Below, piece by piece: positions 14,301 through 25,517 of a stretch of DNA of 64,000 bases. The notes beneath the pieces were generated by a model. The model was not told the origin of the DNA. It did not search any database and saw only the letters and a program-made list of their open reading frames with translations. This DNA comes from Bispira polyomma (Eukaryota), in contig OZ287761.1 in the NCBI GenBank assembly GCA_965649765.1, positions 24,304,001 through 24,368,000 of the forward strand, given 5' to 3'. Within the stretch, counting starts at the first letter, position 1; the number at the start of each line of letters is the position of its first letter. Both the position numbers and the translations under genes were made by a program.

Positions 14301-15662
14301 ACCTATGTAAAGCTCACTTTCAATAACTTTGTAATATATTTAAGAATGGACAGTGGTGGCCCTGTGCTTCACAGGCCTTAACTTCATAACCACTGCCCGC
14401 CATAACCAATGTATTTTTAAATCCTGTTCTTTCTTTCATGTGAGAAAACTTAATTGTTATTATTGTTTAAGTATTTATATAGCACATTATGGATATTTCA
14501 TCCTCGAAGGCACTCATTCTCCGAAAGGGATAAATAGTCCTACACCATAGCTTGGGTTATCATCAGTAGGCAATGATGTGCTAACATCTTGCCCAAGGAT
14601 GTTATATCACCGCTGAACTGAGCAGCTTTAACGGGAGTTAAACCGGTGACCTTCTCATCACCAGACTCACTAATCACCAGGCCAGTGAGACTTGCCTTTA
14701 GATCGGTGGTTTACAGTGCATTAGCACTGCTTTTCTCCAATATTAAATCTGGTTGCCCGATAGTACCTAAATTCAAGTTATTTAAGAATGGAAGCAATAT
14801 CTAATTTGTTGACGTCCTTTTAGTCATGCCAGAGTGATAAGCGTGTTGTTTACTTTTGAGTGAGTGATGGTTCTAGCTATGGTGAACAATCAAAGTCTTC
14901 TATATTTCAAAAATTGTAGAAGGCATAGTCATGTTTACATATGGAGATCCAATACTATAGTCAGTAAGCTATACCTCAACCAAACTGTGAATCTGGATGG
15001 AGTTCATGTATCAGATGACGCACTGCACTGGGTAAGTAATAATTAATAATTTTTCTCCTATCGGACTATTCTTTTGTTACTGATTTTGATGTGCGCCACA
15101 GAGGATACTGGTTTTAAATTCAGCCAGGCCTTTAAATAGGAAAGTTGGCAGTTACTTGCCGATGGTCAGTGGTTTACAGTGTATAACCTTGACCAACTAG
15201 TATACATCAGTTCCTCCAGCCGTAAAACTGCCCGTCGTGATATTACCTATACCAGCGATGTAAAACCCAAATCAAACCAATTAAAACTCGCAAGGCTAAA
15301 ATTTTATTAAATTTACTGCTTCAATTCTTCTGATACAGGGCAAGAAAATAGTACAGAAAATTAGACACCTAAGCTACCGCAAGTTTAGCTTCATTTAGTC
15401 TAGAGGGTAATCAGTGGTGTAGACGTAACAACTTCCCTCCAGTCTTTGCAGTTGTAGGCCTCTAGACGATGTAATTGCTAACAATATGTCCTGTCATCAA
15501 ATAAAAAAGAATGCAATATATAAAATGCACATGTTACATTTTCTTTCCATTGAATACATCTTTTGCTCGTCATTCCAGGACAGCCAAATCCTGTTGAACT
15601 TTCTCTGCAATCAGGCGTCAAGCCATGCGGATGGGACTTGTTGTAACAGCGGCTACAGATAA
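7468..15662 (+). CDS. CASD1: CASD1-like O-acetyltransferase/esterase with the SGNH (PC-esterase) domain only; 9 exons, 311 aa
   Basis: Exons 7468-7564, 8164-8260, 10568-10772, 12415-12516, 12660-12720, 13213-13281, 14115-14223, 14920-15031, 15579-15662. All introns are GT-AG with matching phases, total 936 nt. There is an N-terminal hydrophobic anchor (LAGLICGLLVVIL). Motifs SCQALLESGRY..VWQPENCLMH, VTFIGDSRIRQ (catalytic Ser), DFLWKP, YIWMVQDP, LDGVH (DxxH) and ILLNFLCN..DGTCC are collinear with the CASD1 luminal domain as I recall it. Confidence 0.92.
8291..8338. repeat. (TA)n microsatellite
   Basis: About 23 AT units, seen directly. Confidence 0.98.
9085..9310 (+). mobile_element. tRNA-derived SINE copy
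   Basis: Decayed A/B-box-like head (TGGTCTACTGCTTAGGGTG..GTTCCACTCC) and a body that matches the inverted copy at 9362-9582. Confidence 0.6.
9362..9582 (-). mobile_element. tRNA-derived SINE copy, inverted relative to 9085-9310
   Basis: Reverse-complement matches include TCTTTAATCTGCCACTGGAGATAGTACT, GAAACTAGCGGTTGGT and AACACCCTAAGCA. Confidence 0.65.
11838..12050. mobile_element. Intronic MITE
   Basis: 30-bp inverted repeats GGTGGTCATAATTGTGTCCGGGTCATAATT / AATTATGACCCGCACACAATTGTGACCACC. Confidence 0.7.
15090..15280 (+). mobile_element. SINE (intronic); related fragments at ~14700-14750 and ~45240-45330
   Basis: GTTACTTGCCGATGGTCAGTGGTTTAC..TTCCTCCA..GCGATGTAAAACCCAAATCAAAC. The core and CAAA-type tail recur elsewhere in the window. 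Confidence 0.55.
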
Positions 15663-16462
15663 CACTTGGTGTACAAGATGAAAAAAGCAGATTCATTTAG
15701 AAAGTGGCATTAGCACCAAAGTAGCTGCTGAATAGCTTATAAAGCAGCTGGTTTATTAAAGCTGTACAGTCGATCTCAAAGTGATTATGACTGGACTAAT
15801 CAATTTCAAATATAGAATATGTTTCTTCAACTTACTTATGCTATATTAAATATGTACTGATAATACCTCTCGAGTGGGTGGATGAAACATGATTTAGGTC
15901 AATGACTTAAACACTGGTGTCTTATAAGAACAACTTGGAAATTTTATGTAATAATAGTATTATATTGTTTCCATAGTTTTTAATGTGTAAGGACTTATTA
16001 TGAATGTTAAGCCAGGCATGATAGATAATAACATACCATGCCATGGTTGATAAGCTATTCACCTCTACAAAGATACAAATTAATGTTTTAGAAGTATCAA
16101 ATGTGATTTGGTATACATAAGTAACTTAGGAACCACTTGTCAGTTATGATATACATAGCATCCCTGGATGCGCAAAGTTAGAATACAATTTACACCTAAT
16201 TTCAAGAACTCGTGTGATGTGGAGCAAACATCTAATATCTAATATTGCATAAACTGGCCATAAACTGGAGAGATCAGCAAGAACTGGAGGCAGAGCTTAA
16301 ATATGCACATGTTCAAAACTTCCATGGGTGATCAGCTTTGAAAGCACATCTTGAGTGAACTGGAGACAAGGGTTGGGGGTCGGGGCTTAAACCTTGTGTG
16401 ATCATGGCAGGCTTTAGGTAATTTGGTGTAATCCGGAGCCAACATTACATGAATGTGTGATG

Positions 16463-16629
16463 CAGTCTACTTAAGATGTGAGGTTTAAAGATCAGTCCAG
16501 AGATATTTGTAAAAGTCAGTAATAAGATTCTGTTTGAGATTTTATTTTATATACATGTTAGTCTTATTAACAGATAAACAATTTGTAAAATAATAGTTAA
16601 AATTTTTAAGTTGAATAAATTTTAAGCCC
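16463..16629 (-). repeat. B2 terminal repeat of copy 2
   Basis: Direct repeat of 17981-18147. Confidence 0.85.
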
Positions 16630-17980
16630 TATTACGAGCACCAACAACAATGGGAATAACCCAAGAATAACATAGGACTAGCCATAAGCAAATAATAATT
16701 TAATTATACATATAAGGACTAGCCAATATGAAACATTACTTTGAAATAATACTAGTACAACTCTCAGTTAAAACGGTAAGTAAACCCTTATTCGTTTCAA
16801 GCCTCAACAAGTATACCTGCATATCTAAAAGTTTACAATTAAAATGTTGTGTTCAATAATTCTATCATAAAGGTTTGCAAAAAGTACATATCATAAGACC
16901 ATAAATTAGCCATATACAGTGTTTTTCTTCTACTTATGAACTAACATTGTGTAAACACAATGTCCACTTACAGTACTTTTCCCAATAATTCTGTCATAAA
17001 CGACTGCACAAAGTATACATCATATGACCATAAACCAGCCATATACAGTGTTTTCCTTCTATCTATGAACTAACATTATGTAAACACAATGTCCATTTAC
17101 AGTACACTTCCTATAACACTGAATGACATTGAATGGTTTCCAGCATTGCTAACATATATAATTCTCATCCCATTGGGTGAGTTAATATTGTTTCAAGTTT
17201 ACAGTAAATTTAAACATTTCTCTTTGATAGCCACATCTATACATAGTCAGTATTTATCATGTCAGAGGGTCGGGTTGAGATTCAGAACCTGTGGCCTGTG
17301 GCACCAACCACCTAGCAGAGAAACGATCCTGTCGGTCATACCTCTTCCCTGGAGATGCATTATATGACCCAGGGGTGGATAATTAATTTATTATGAGAAC
17401 AATAAGACAGTTTCCGCATTAGAGCGTCTGGTTAAGTTAGGAAACAGAGGACTGTCGCACCAACCGCCTAGCAAATAGGGGATTCCATCATTCATACCTC
17501 AACCCTGGGGATGGATTGTATGTCCCAGGGGTGGAATATGGAATGGAATCCTCCCTCCACACGTCCAAAGGTTCGAATCTGCCGTCTGCTCTGATGCTAA
17601 AACTCATTAGAAGCAATATGTCAAGCAATTTAAAAGCAACCTTACTCATGATCAATCTGCTGATCTGTCTCTTATGCACTTAAACGCTCCAATTGCTGAA
17701 AATTAGTCTAGCAATGAGCTGTGGTGAGGGGAGGTGGTGGGTTGAAAATAATTTTTAACTTGTTTGCTCTTTGACATTGAAGCTTCAAATGAAAAGATTC
17801 AAAATGGAGTTAATAAAAAGGAAGCAAAAACAGCAAGTGTGTGGGCTCTTATTTGTAGTTAAGCTGATACACCAATTTTTGGTACACCTAGGTGTAAAAT
17901 AATGTGTTTAAGGTTTGTAGAATATATGGGGTTTAAGGTGTGGACTGAACTATCAGTCCCCAACAGGGGCCTGCTGTGCA

Positions 17981-18147
17981 CAGTCCACTTAAGATGTGAG
18001 GTTTACAGATCAGTCCAGAGATATTTGTAAAAGTCAGTAATAAGATTCTGTTTGAGATTTTATTTTATATACATGTTAGTCTTATTTACAGATAAACAAT
18101 TTGTAAAATAATGGTTAAAATTTCTGAGTTGAATAAATTTTAAGCCC
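17981..18147 (-). repeat. B1 repeat of copy 2
   Basis: Immediately follows the YR stop (minus strand); direct repeat of 16463-16629. Confidence 0.85.
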
Positions 18148-18567
18148 CAATCCCAACTAAAAAAAAGCGGGAATGTTGATGTCACTGCTAGCATAGCATG
18201 ACAAGTCAGTGGCAAAAATTCCAAACTTTACTGTAAACCCTCTCTTAAAATTGTTTACTTGGCTACCCCAATTAAACATCAGCACACTTAGGCTAAGCGA
18301 CCAATTACCTTCCTTCATAGCATAGCTCTTCCCGCCTGTTCTTACAAATTTACCATTATTAACTTGCAAGTCAAAGAAGCAACATACACATTTTTCTCAG
18401 CCCAAAGCGGCCATATTGGATTTTTAGTGTGTTTTGGAAGAATACTTGGTTATTTTATATGTTCTGGCTTATATTACACTTTGTTTTTACGTGTTTTTAG
18501 TGTTTTATTACTCAAGTCACATTATAGCTCCATTCTTGGAAGCTTATACTTGGACCTTACCAGTAAA

Positions 18568-19866
18568 ATGGGCAGAGGAAAGAAGAAGCAACTTGCCGTA
18601 AATATGGCTATGTGTTCTAAGTGTGACATCTCTCATCCCCGACCGGTCGGGACTAGATGCAACAGAGTATCCACTCTGCCCGAACTAGAACTTCCTCAAG
18701 GACAAGATCTGGGAGCGGCTAGTAATTTGGACAGCGATTGTGTGAGTAATTTCTCTGATAAAGTTACTTCTGACACATTCTACCGTGATATACATATCAG
18801 ACAGCAAGCCATGATGCAAACGTTGCTCTCAACTGTAGCTAAACTTCAAGAGGACGTTTCTGGCCTCAAGTCCCGTTGCCCTGATACCCCAGCTCCTCAG
18901 CTATCCACAGCAGCGGCTTCCGTCGCGACTCGTCCTACAACTACCACTCAGCTTCACGTACCAGTGCATAGTACACGCCTAGACCAGGCTTCTAGAGCCA
19001 CTGCTCAAGGCCCCCTCAGTGTACCCGGGTATGACGCACATAGAGATCTTTCTCAGCTTACTCACTCACCTTACGCTCAATCTCCTGTATCAGGTCAGAC
19101 ACAAGGTTTACAGAGTACTGACAACACACAGCAGGCCTTCCATGACGGCATTCTACCCACGCCCGATGTCCTCAAGCAGTCCTCTATGATCCAGAATGAG
19201 GTTTCACTCCGTCTTGCTCGTTACGAGGCCTGGGCAGCCGACGAAAGCCTGCAAGGTAAGCTAGCCACCAAGAAGAAGTCTGGGCGTTACAACATATCGG
19301 ATGTGTGCGTTTCCGACCCGATGAAACGGTGGCCCAACGAGGCCTGTCTCTCTGGCATTAATAAGAAACGGGTCTCCTTTGACGATTTGACTATACCCCA
19401 ATTCGCTGCCGGGCAGATTCAAAACATTTTAGAGGTCCAAAATCCAACCATCTCCAGGGCTATGCTTACTCAACTAGCTGACACTCTCAGGGACGCCTCG
19501 AACATTTCTTGGCAGATAGCGCGAGGCGCATATGCATGCAACATGCATGATGTGGAAGAGGGTCGCCTCAGTTGGCTTAACGAGACCAAGTGGACCCTCA
19601 ACAGGCTATCTTATTCTCAAGCTCTAGTCACCAGCAACGCTCCCACGAATTCTACTCTTTCTGCGTCCACTAAACAAGAAATTCCGTGTAGACATTATCA
19701 GAAGGGGCAATGCCAGCATCAGAGAGACCACGAGGGCACCAATGTGTTGTTTAAACATATATGTGCCAATTGTTTCCGGATCAGTAAAAAGTCTAACCCC
19801 CATCCAGAAACGAAATGTTTTAAACTACATGGTCGTCCGGCACCAACACCTACACCGACTCAATAG
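18568..19866 (+). CDS. gag: Gag-like ORF1 of copy 1
   Basis: ATG at 18568 (MGRGKKK). N-terminal CxxC..HxRPVGxxC motif (also in copy 3), a coiled-coil, and C-terminal CRHYQKGQC..H / HICANC..H..C zinc fingers. Confidence 0.88.
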   Translation: MGRGKKKQLAVNMAMCSKCDISHPRPVGTRCNRVSTLPELELPQGQDLGAASNLDSDCVSNFSDKVTSDTFYRDIHIRQQAMMQTLLSTVAKLQEDVSGLKSRCPDTPAPQLSTAAASVATRPTTTTQLHVPVHSTRLDQASRATAQGPLSVPGYDAHRDLSQLTHSPYAQSPVSGQTQGLQSTDNTQQAFHDGILPTPDVLKQSSMIQNEVSLRLARYEAWAADESLQGKLATKKKSGRYNISDVCVSDPMKRWPNEACLSGINKKRVSFDDLTIPQFAAGQIQNILEVQNPTISRAMLTQLADTLRDASNISWQIARGAYACNMHDVEEGRLSWLNETKWTLNRLSYSQALVTSNAPTNSTLSASTKQEIPCRHYQKGQCQHQRDHEGTNVLFKHICANCFRISKKSNPHPETKCFKLHGRPAPTPTPTQ

Positions 19867-19923
19867 TACCACGGACTGCCCACAGTCACCACCACCGACT
19901 GCCATCCAGATAGTGTATATAGT

Positions 19924-22508
19924 ATGAGTCAGAAGAGCAGTGTTAGTTATAGACATAGGTTTAAGACAAATTTTAAGTCAGACGATAATGAGAACCATAA
20001 TTTTTCTCCTAGCTTGAGTGATAACATTGAGTTTAACAGTACCGGACGTTTGCCTGTAGATAGCAGGATTAGTGCATCACAGGCACCAGTAAATTATGAT
20101 AATATTTATTCTGTCAGTAGGCATACTGAGAGAAAGTGTTTTAATGTAGACATTAACTCAGATGCTACAGTCTCTAACGTGTCGGGCAGCACATGTGGAG
20201 ACTATCGTTGGGACTTTAAAGCTTTTGATATGTATCTCAGTTGTAGTCTGGGTAATGGTTTATTTACAAATTTTTGTTACCTCGCATGTCGACAGGACGT
20301 ATCTCTTTCTGGCGTTTATGTGTGTAGTCTGGTACAAGGTAGCTGGCTATTCCAGCCCTCTTCTTGGTCATTACAACAAATTTGGCCAATAACGTATTAC
20401 AGCTCTGCATACATTCCTGTCTTGACCAGAATACCTGGTGCTACGGTCACTTCTCTTAACAGACTTCACAAAGGTAGTTCAAACAGAACTACTTCACATA
20501 CTCGTACCACTTTGGGTAGCACCATACATTACACAGACATCATAGATAACATATGCAAGCTTGACCAGCAGAAGCATGCTCAGGTAGAACCTGCTACAAA
20601 AAAGTTTCAGAAATTTTCAAACATTAAACACACTCTCAGCTCTAATACCACTGTCATACACACCCCATTTGCAGCCCTTGAGGACGTTATGACACAAAAA
20701 TTTCCATCACAATGCTCTCATATATTTACCAAGGACAACAACATACAAGAGGCCTATTCGGTCACTGAAAGTAAACCCTTTGGTTACATGCCTTACCATT
20801 ATAAAAAATTTTCCTTCGTGGGTCCTGTTAGACAAGAGGTCAACATGGACTCCTATCACAAACTTGTAGAGGTAGCCAACATTATCAAAGCCACTGGCGC
20901 CCCTAATTACCAGGTAGCACGTTTTCCACTTAAGAGTAATCTTAATGTAGCTAAGTGGAAAGAATATTTGGTTGACTACCCTGACAAAATCATTTTACAG
21001 TACGTGGAATTCGGATTTCCCCTTTCTTTAAGTGAGAGAGATCGCCTCCACGTCACAAATGTAAAAAATCATTATTCAGCCAAAGTCTTTCCTCAGGTAA
21101 TAGACAAATATTTCGTTACTGAGGTAAACAGAGGCACCATAATTGGCCCCATTAATGCTGATCTCCACCCTGACTTACATTGTTCTCCTTTGTTAACAGT
21201 CCCCAAGGACACCAATCAACGAAGATTAGTACTCAACCTTTCTCATCCAACAGGACAATCTGTTAATGACTGCACAGTCAAAACCAAATATGACCACGTT
21301 AATTTTAGCCTTAAACTTCCAACTATTGACCAAATCACTTCTCACATTTTGTCCATCGGTCTTAAGGCCACCTTAGCGAAAGTGGACATTTCTCACGCTT
21401 TTCGCAATATCAGAATTGACCCTTATGACTGCCTTAAACTTGGATATTTTTGGAAAGACAATTACTACATTGATCTTACTCTTAGTTTTGGCTTAACCCA
21501 CGGCACGGCGGCCTTTATGATGGCCTCAGATTGTGTCACTTATATTATGAAATTAAAAGGTTTTACAGTGTATAACTACATCGATGATTTTATACTCGTA
21601 CAGTCTGAAGATAAGGCCACCTTAGCTTACAACACCTTGCAAGAAACCCTTTCAGATCTAGGTCTTCCAGTCAATTCAAATAAATTAGTCCCTCCCAGTA
21701 AACGTGTCACCTGTATGGGCATCACTATTGATATCACCACTGAAACACTCAGTATTGACAAGGATAAACTGAATACCATATACGATACTTGTGTGCAGTT
21801 TCAATACTTAAGAAAGGTACGTAAACAAAAATATCAATCTTTACTAGGGAAATTGTTATATATACACAGATGTATTAAACCCGCGCGTATATTTATGAAC
21901 AGAATGCTTACTCTCCTTCGCCAATCTACCAGTAGTAATACAGTCGTCCTCAATACAGATTTCCATTTGGACTTAGCCTGGTTCCTAAAATTCCTCTTAC
22001 ATTTTAACGGAACTACCACTTATAACTACATTAACAAACCTCATGATGGCTTACTACAGGTGGACGCTTGCTTATCAGGCATTGGTGGTATATGGGATAA
22101 CAACGTGTTCAAAACTCCTCTACCTCTCTTCTAGACCCATACTTTATCAATCGTACACTTTGAAATGGTTAGCATTTTGATTGCCTTAAAACTGTGGAGT
22201 CACAGATGGAAAAACCAAAAACTTAAGGTTCAGTCAGACAACATGCTGTGGTTTCTGTGGTGCAGTCATCCAAGACTAAAGATAACTACTTAGGGCTATG
22301 CTTGAGAAACCTTTGGCACATTTGTGCCACAGAAAATATTGACCTTGTTATTAGCCACAGACCAGGTAAGGACAATATCATCGCTGACACACTTTCGCGT
22401 TGGTATGAACCTGATTCTTGTGATGACTACACTAGATCCTTTATCATTGATAGTTTTAATATGTTTGACATTCCTCTCGCTTTCTTTACATTACATAATT
22501 ATTTTTAA
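19924..22508 (+). pseudogene. pol: Reverse transcriptase-RNase H ORF of copy 1, disrupted in RNase H
   Basis: RT motifs KVDISHAF, LSFG and YIDD; RNase H VDAC...E...SDN...ADTLSR. In-frame TAG at 22132-22134 and a frameshift near 22245. Confidence 0.92.
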
Positions 22509-22514
22509 TTTCAG

Positions 22515-23497
22515 GCACCTCTCACTCAGCCAACTCACTCATCCAGGGTGCCCTATCAAGATTGCGTCAGACACACAGACCCAGAACCCAGAGACAATAT
22601 AACAGTCAATTCAGACTTTTCTTAGCCTTCACTGTGTATTACGACCTACAGCACACTTTTAGTTTCAATACCATATTGGCTTTCTTAGAGTTCCTTACTC
22701 AGTCAGGTATATCCCACAAAGTAATTGCAAATTATTTGTCCTCTTTAAGACACAATGCTAAATTACTCAATTTTAAACACACAGGCCTGTACGACCCTAG
22801 GTTACCCTTGTATATCAGATCTCTGGAACTCACCACCAAATACACTCCCAGAATCAAAGGAGTTTTTGACCTCCACCAATTATCCAGAATTTCACAGGCC
22901 TGCGACCTTCTCCACTTTCCTGACTTATACAGGACAGCCTTCCTTTTTGCCTTCTTTGGCTTCTTGAGAATCTCCAACCTTACTAATACTTCTGGCTCCC
23001 CCTTTGACCCTACAAGACACCTCACTAGGGCTGACATAGTTTTCGCCCCCCCAGGTATACACCTTATCCTTAAATGGAGTAAGACTAACCAGGGTAGGAA
23101 AAACCCAGATATCATTCAGCTACCCTCACTTACAAACCCCTGGTTGTGCCCAGTTAGAGCCTCTACCTCTTTGTTTGAGAAATACCCCCTACCCTCCATG
23201 GCCCCATTACTGGCCAATCCTTTAGATAAAGGCCTTTGCCTCTCAGATTCTAAGCTTAGATCTACACTTAAAAACATTCTCACTCATCTTAACATTCCTT
23301 TAGATGGCCATTCCTTTCATTGCTTCAGGCGTTCTGGAGCCTCTTTAGCCTTCAATGCAAATGTCAAACTTCAGGATATACAAAGACACGGGTGTTGGAA
23401 ATCCGATGCTGTTTGGTCTTATTTGCAGGCTACGTCCCATACAGCCTCCATCATACCATCTACTTTTGCCTCTATTGTCTCTACCACTACTTTTTAA
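22515..23497 (+). CDS. Tyrosine recombinase of copy 1 (no upstream ATG; frame opens at a splice acceptor)
   Basis: Catalytic R (FLRISN), K (WSKTNQ), HxxR (HCFRR), HGCW and Y (VWSYL). The frame is open from TTTCAG|22515. Confidence 0.93.
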
Positions 23498-24584
23498 CTT
23501 GGCTTTTGGCATTTTAAAATTTTACACAAATTTTACTTGTATAGTTGTACATAGAGACAGTAGATAGAAAATAAATATATCCCAAACAGCAACTGCTTTC
23601 CTCACCATCTATACTTACCTTTACCTATTCTTTGGTCAAGCTCCTTAAGTTATTAACACTAACTTCTATCACCCAATTTTAGCTACTGTTGATGTCACTG
23701 CTAGCATAGCATGACAAGTCAGTGGCAAAAATTCCACACTTTACTGTAAACCCTCTCTTAAAATTGTTTACTTGGCTACCCCAATTAAACATCAGCACAC
23801 TTAGGCTAAGCGACCAATTACCTTCCTTCATAGCATAGCTCTTCCCGCCTGTTCTTACAAATTTACCATTATTAACTTGCAAGTCAAAGAAGCAACATAC
23901 ACATTTTTCTCCCAACCCTCCGCCCTAAACCATTATACTTTCCTTGGCTTACCACTGCCGTCAACTCGAGCCTTTCTCTTTGTGGCCTCGACCCTCGGTC
24001 CGTGTGGTGCTGGTTCTCGGCTCGCACCTTCCCCCTGGTGTGGGCTATCAGGGAATTCAGCTCTGCAGCCGAGAACCTTCACTGCTAGGCGATTAGGTGC
24101 CATAGGACCGGGGTTCCATCCCCAGAGTGGCTTTGGTTGGAGGCGTTGGTCAGCCGACCCATTATATTATATTTTGCATGCTCACGTAGATTCTAGATAC
24201 ATTCACCTTCAGTAGATTTATTCTACTTTAGCACTTCTTAACTCAGTCATCCTGGGTATTATCACTTTTTTTTTTCTTCTTAAAAGATTTTAGTTTTTAC
24301 TTTGTTCAGTCATCCTGAACATTTTTTACTTTATGTTTTTTCTCTTTCCAGGGGCCATTTATGACCCCTCCTTTTCATTCTTGTTATTGTATGTAGCCAT
24401 ATTGGCATTTTAAAATTTTACACAAATTTTACTTGTATAGTTGTACATAGAGACAGTAGATAGAAAATAAATATATCCCAAACAGCAACTGCTTTCCTCA
24501 CCATCTATACTTACCTTTACCTATTCTTTGGTCAAGCTCCTTAAGTTATTAACACTAACTTCTATCACCCAATTTTAGCTACTG

Positions 24585-25517
24585 GTTGAGGCAAAGGTAT
24601 TAGGCAGCCTGGGAAGTCTTGTAAATAAGGCCAAACTGAGGAAGACATCTATAGCCCGTGGGCCATTATGTTCTGTAGGGATACATTATTGTTTAATTGC
24701 AAATGTGTCTCCAGATCTTCTGAAGGTGTAGAAGCCATGGGATAAATATTGAATGCCAATGTGAGTTAAAACTTTTTCTAGTGCTGTTCTGACATATGTT
24801 TCCACTACAGTGTGATGTGGGGTACCAGCGTCTGCAAAATGTGGTGCAGTAGGAGGTAGGGCTCTAGAAGCTAATAATTTTTGTAATGATAAAACAGGAC
24901 ATATAACCTTATTCTGAAGCTGTGGGATTTGTATAATGTGAGTATCTGTTCTATTCTGCAAAATTTTCCCCATTTTATAATAATGTGAGCCCCAGTGTGT
25001 CAAATAAAATATCTTATCTCAGTAAATGCCTGGTGCTGTCAAAAGAGGCCCTTGAGTGTGAAGCAATGTTGGACAGCCTTAGGAACGCAAAATAAGCAAA
25101 TAAGAAGATTGACCTGTACAATATAGGGTCATCTACTATGTCACATGCTAGTGAAATATGGCTTAATTGCGAAATTTCAAACAAACCCTTATGTCTTGGG
25201 CGAACTGTTGAGTTTATTGTGATACTCCTAATAAACGAGACTGAGTTATAAGGCTAGATCCCAATCAAGCTTTTTAGCCATAAATTTTAAAGATAAAATA
25301 TAGTTTGCCACTACAGCAGGAGATGTGTTGTTTTGAACCAAATATTTCAAGAACGCTAGTACAGAATGTACTGAGATAGTAGAAATTCCTGCAAATTGCT
25401 TAAAAGCAAGAAAAGTTTTGAATTGGTTACTGTAAGCAGCAGAGGTCTTTAGTCTTAAAGCGGTATCAATCATACTGCATGCTGAGCTCATAAAGTGTTG
25501 GCTGATGTTGGAAGAAC
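24585..25517 (-). pseudogene. YR gene of copy 2 (frameshifted)
   Basis: FLRLSN, ICPV, GFYTFRRSG, HG and VWPYLQ motifs spread over several frames. Confidence 0.88.

Larger units (their letters stand above)
18174..24582 (+). mobile_element. Full-length Ngaro/PAT-type (DIRS order) tyrosine-recombinase retrotransposon, copy 1
   Basis: Split direct repeats A1 18174-18398 ... B1 23506-23686, A2 23687-23911 ... B2 24402-24582. A1/A2 are 225 bp with 1 mismatch seen; B1/B2 are 181 bp with none seen. They enclose gag, RT-RNase H and YR ORFs. There is no TSD beyond a shared TG. Confidence 0.96.

Noticed and set aside
17315-17335. AGAGAAAC..GTC resembling a hairpin ribozyme
   Set aside because: On the antisense strand of the element, absent from the other two units, and the remaining core motifs are missing.
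16463-18147. 167-bp direct repeats as LTRs of a TRIM/LTR element
   Set aside because: No TG..CA ends, PBS or TSD; they are the B1/B2 split repeats of YR copy 2.
18364-18567. N-terminal 68 aa of the 500-aa ORF
   Set aside because: TTG start inside repeat A1; the first ATG (18568) corresponds to the gag start of copy 3.
22732-23115. Antisense/overlapping ORFs within TE and ankyrin genes (also 31142-31703, 32314-32863, 46499-47027)
   Set aside because: Shadow frames of real coding sequences with no recognisable motifs.
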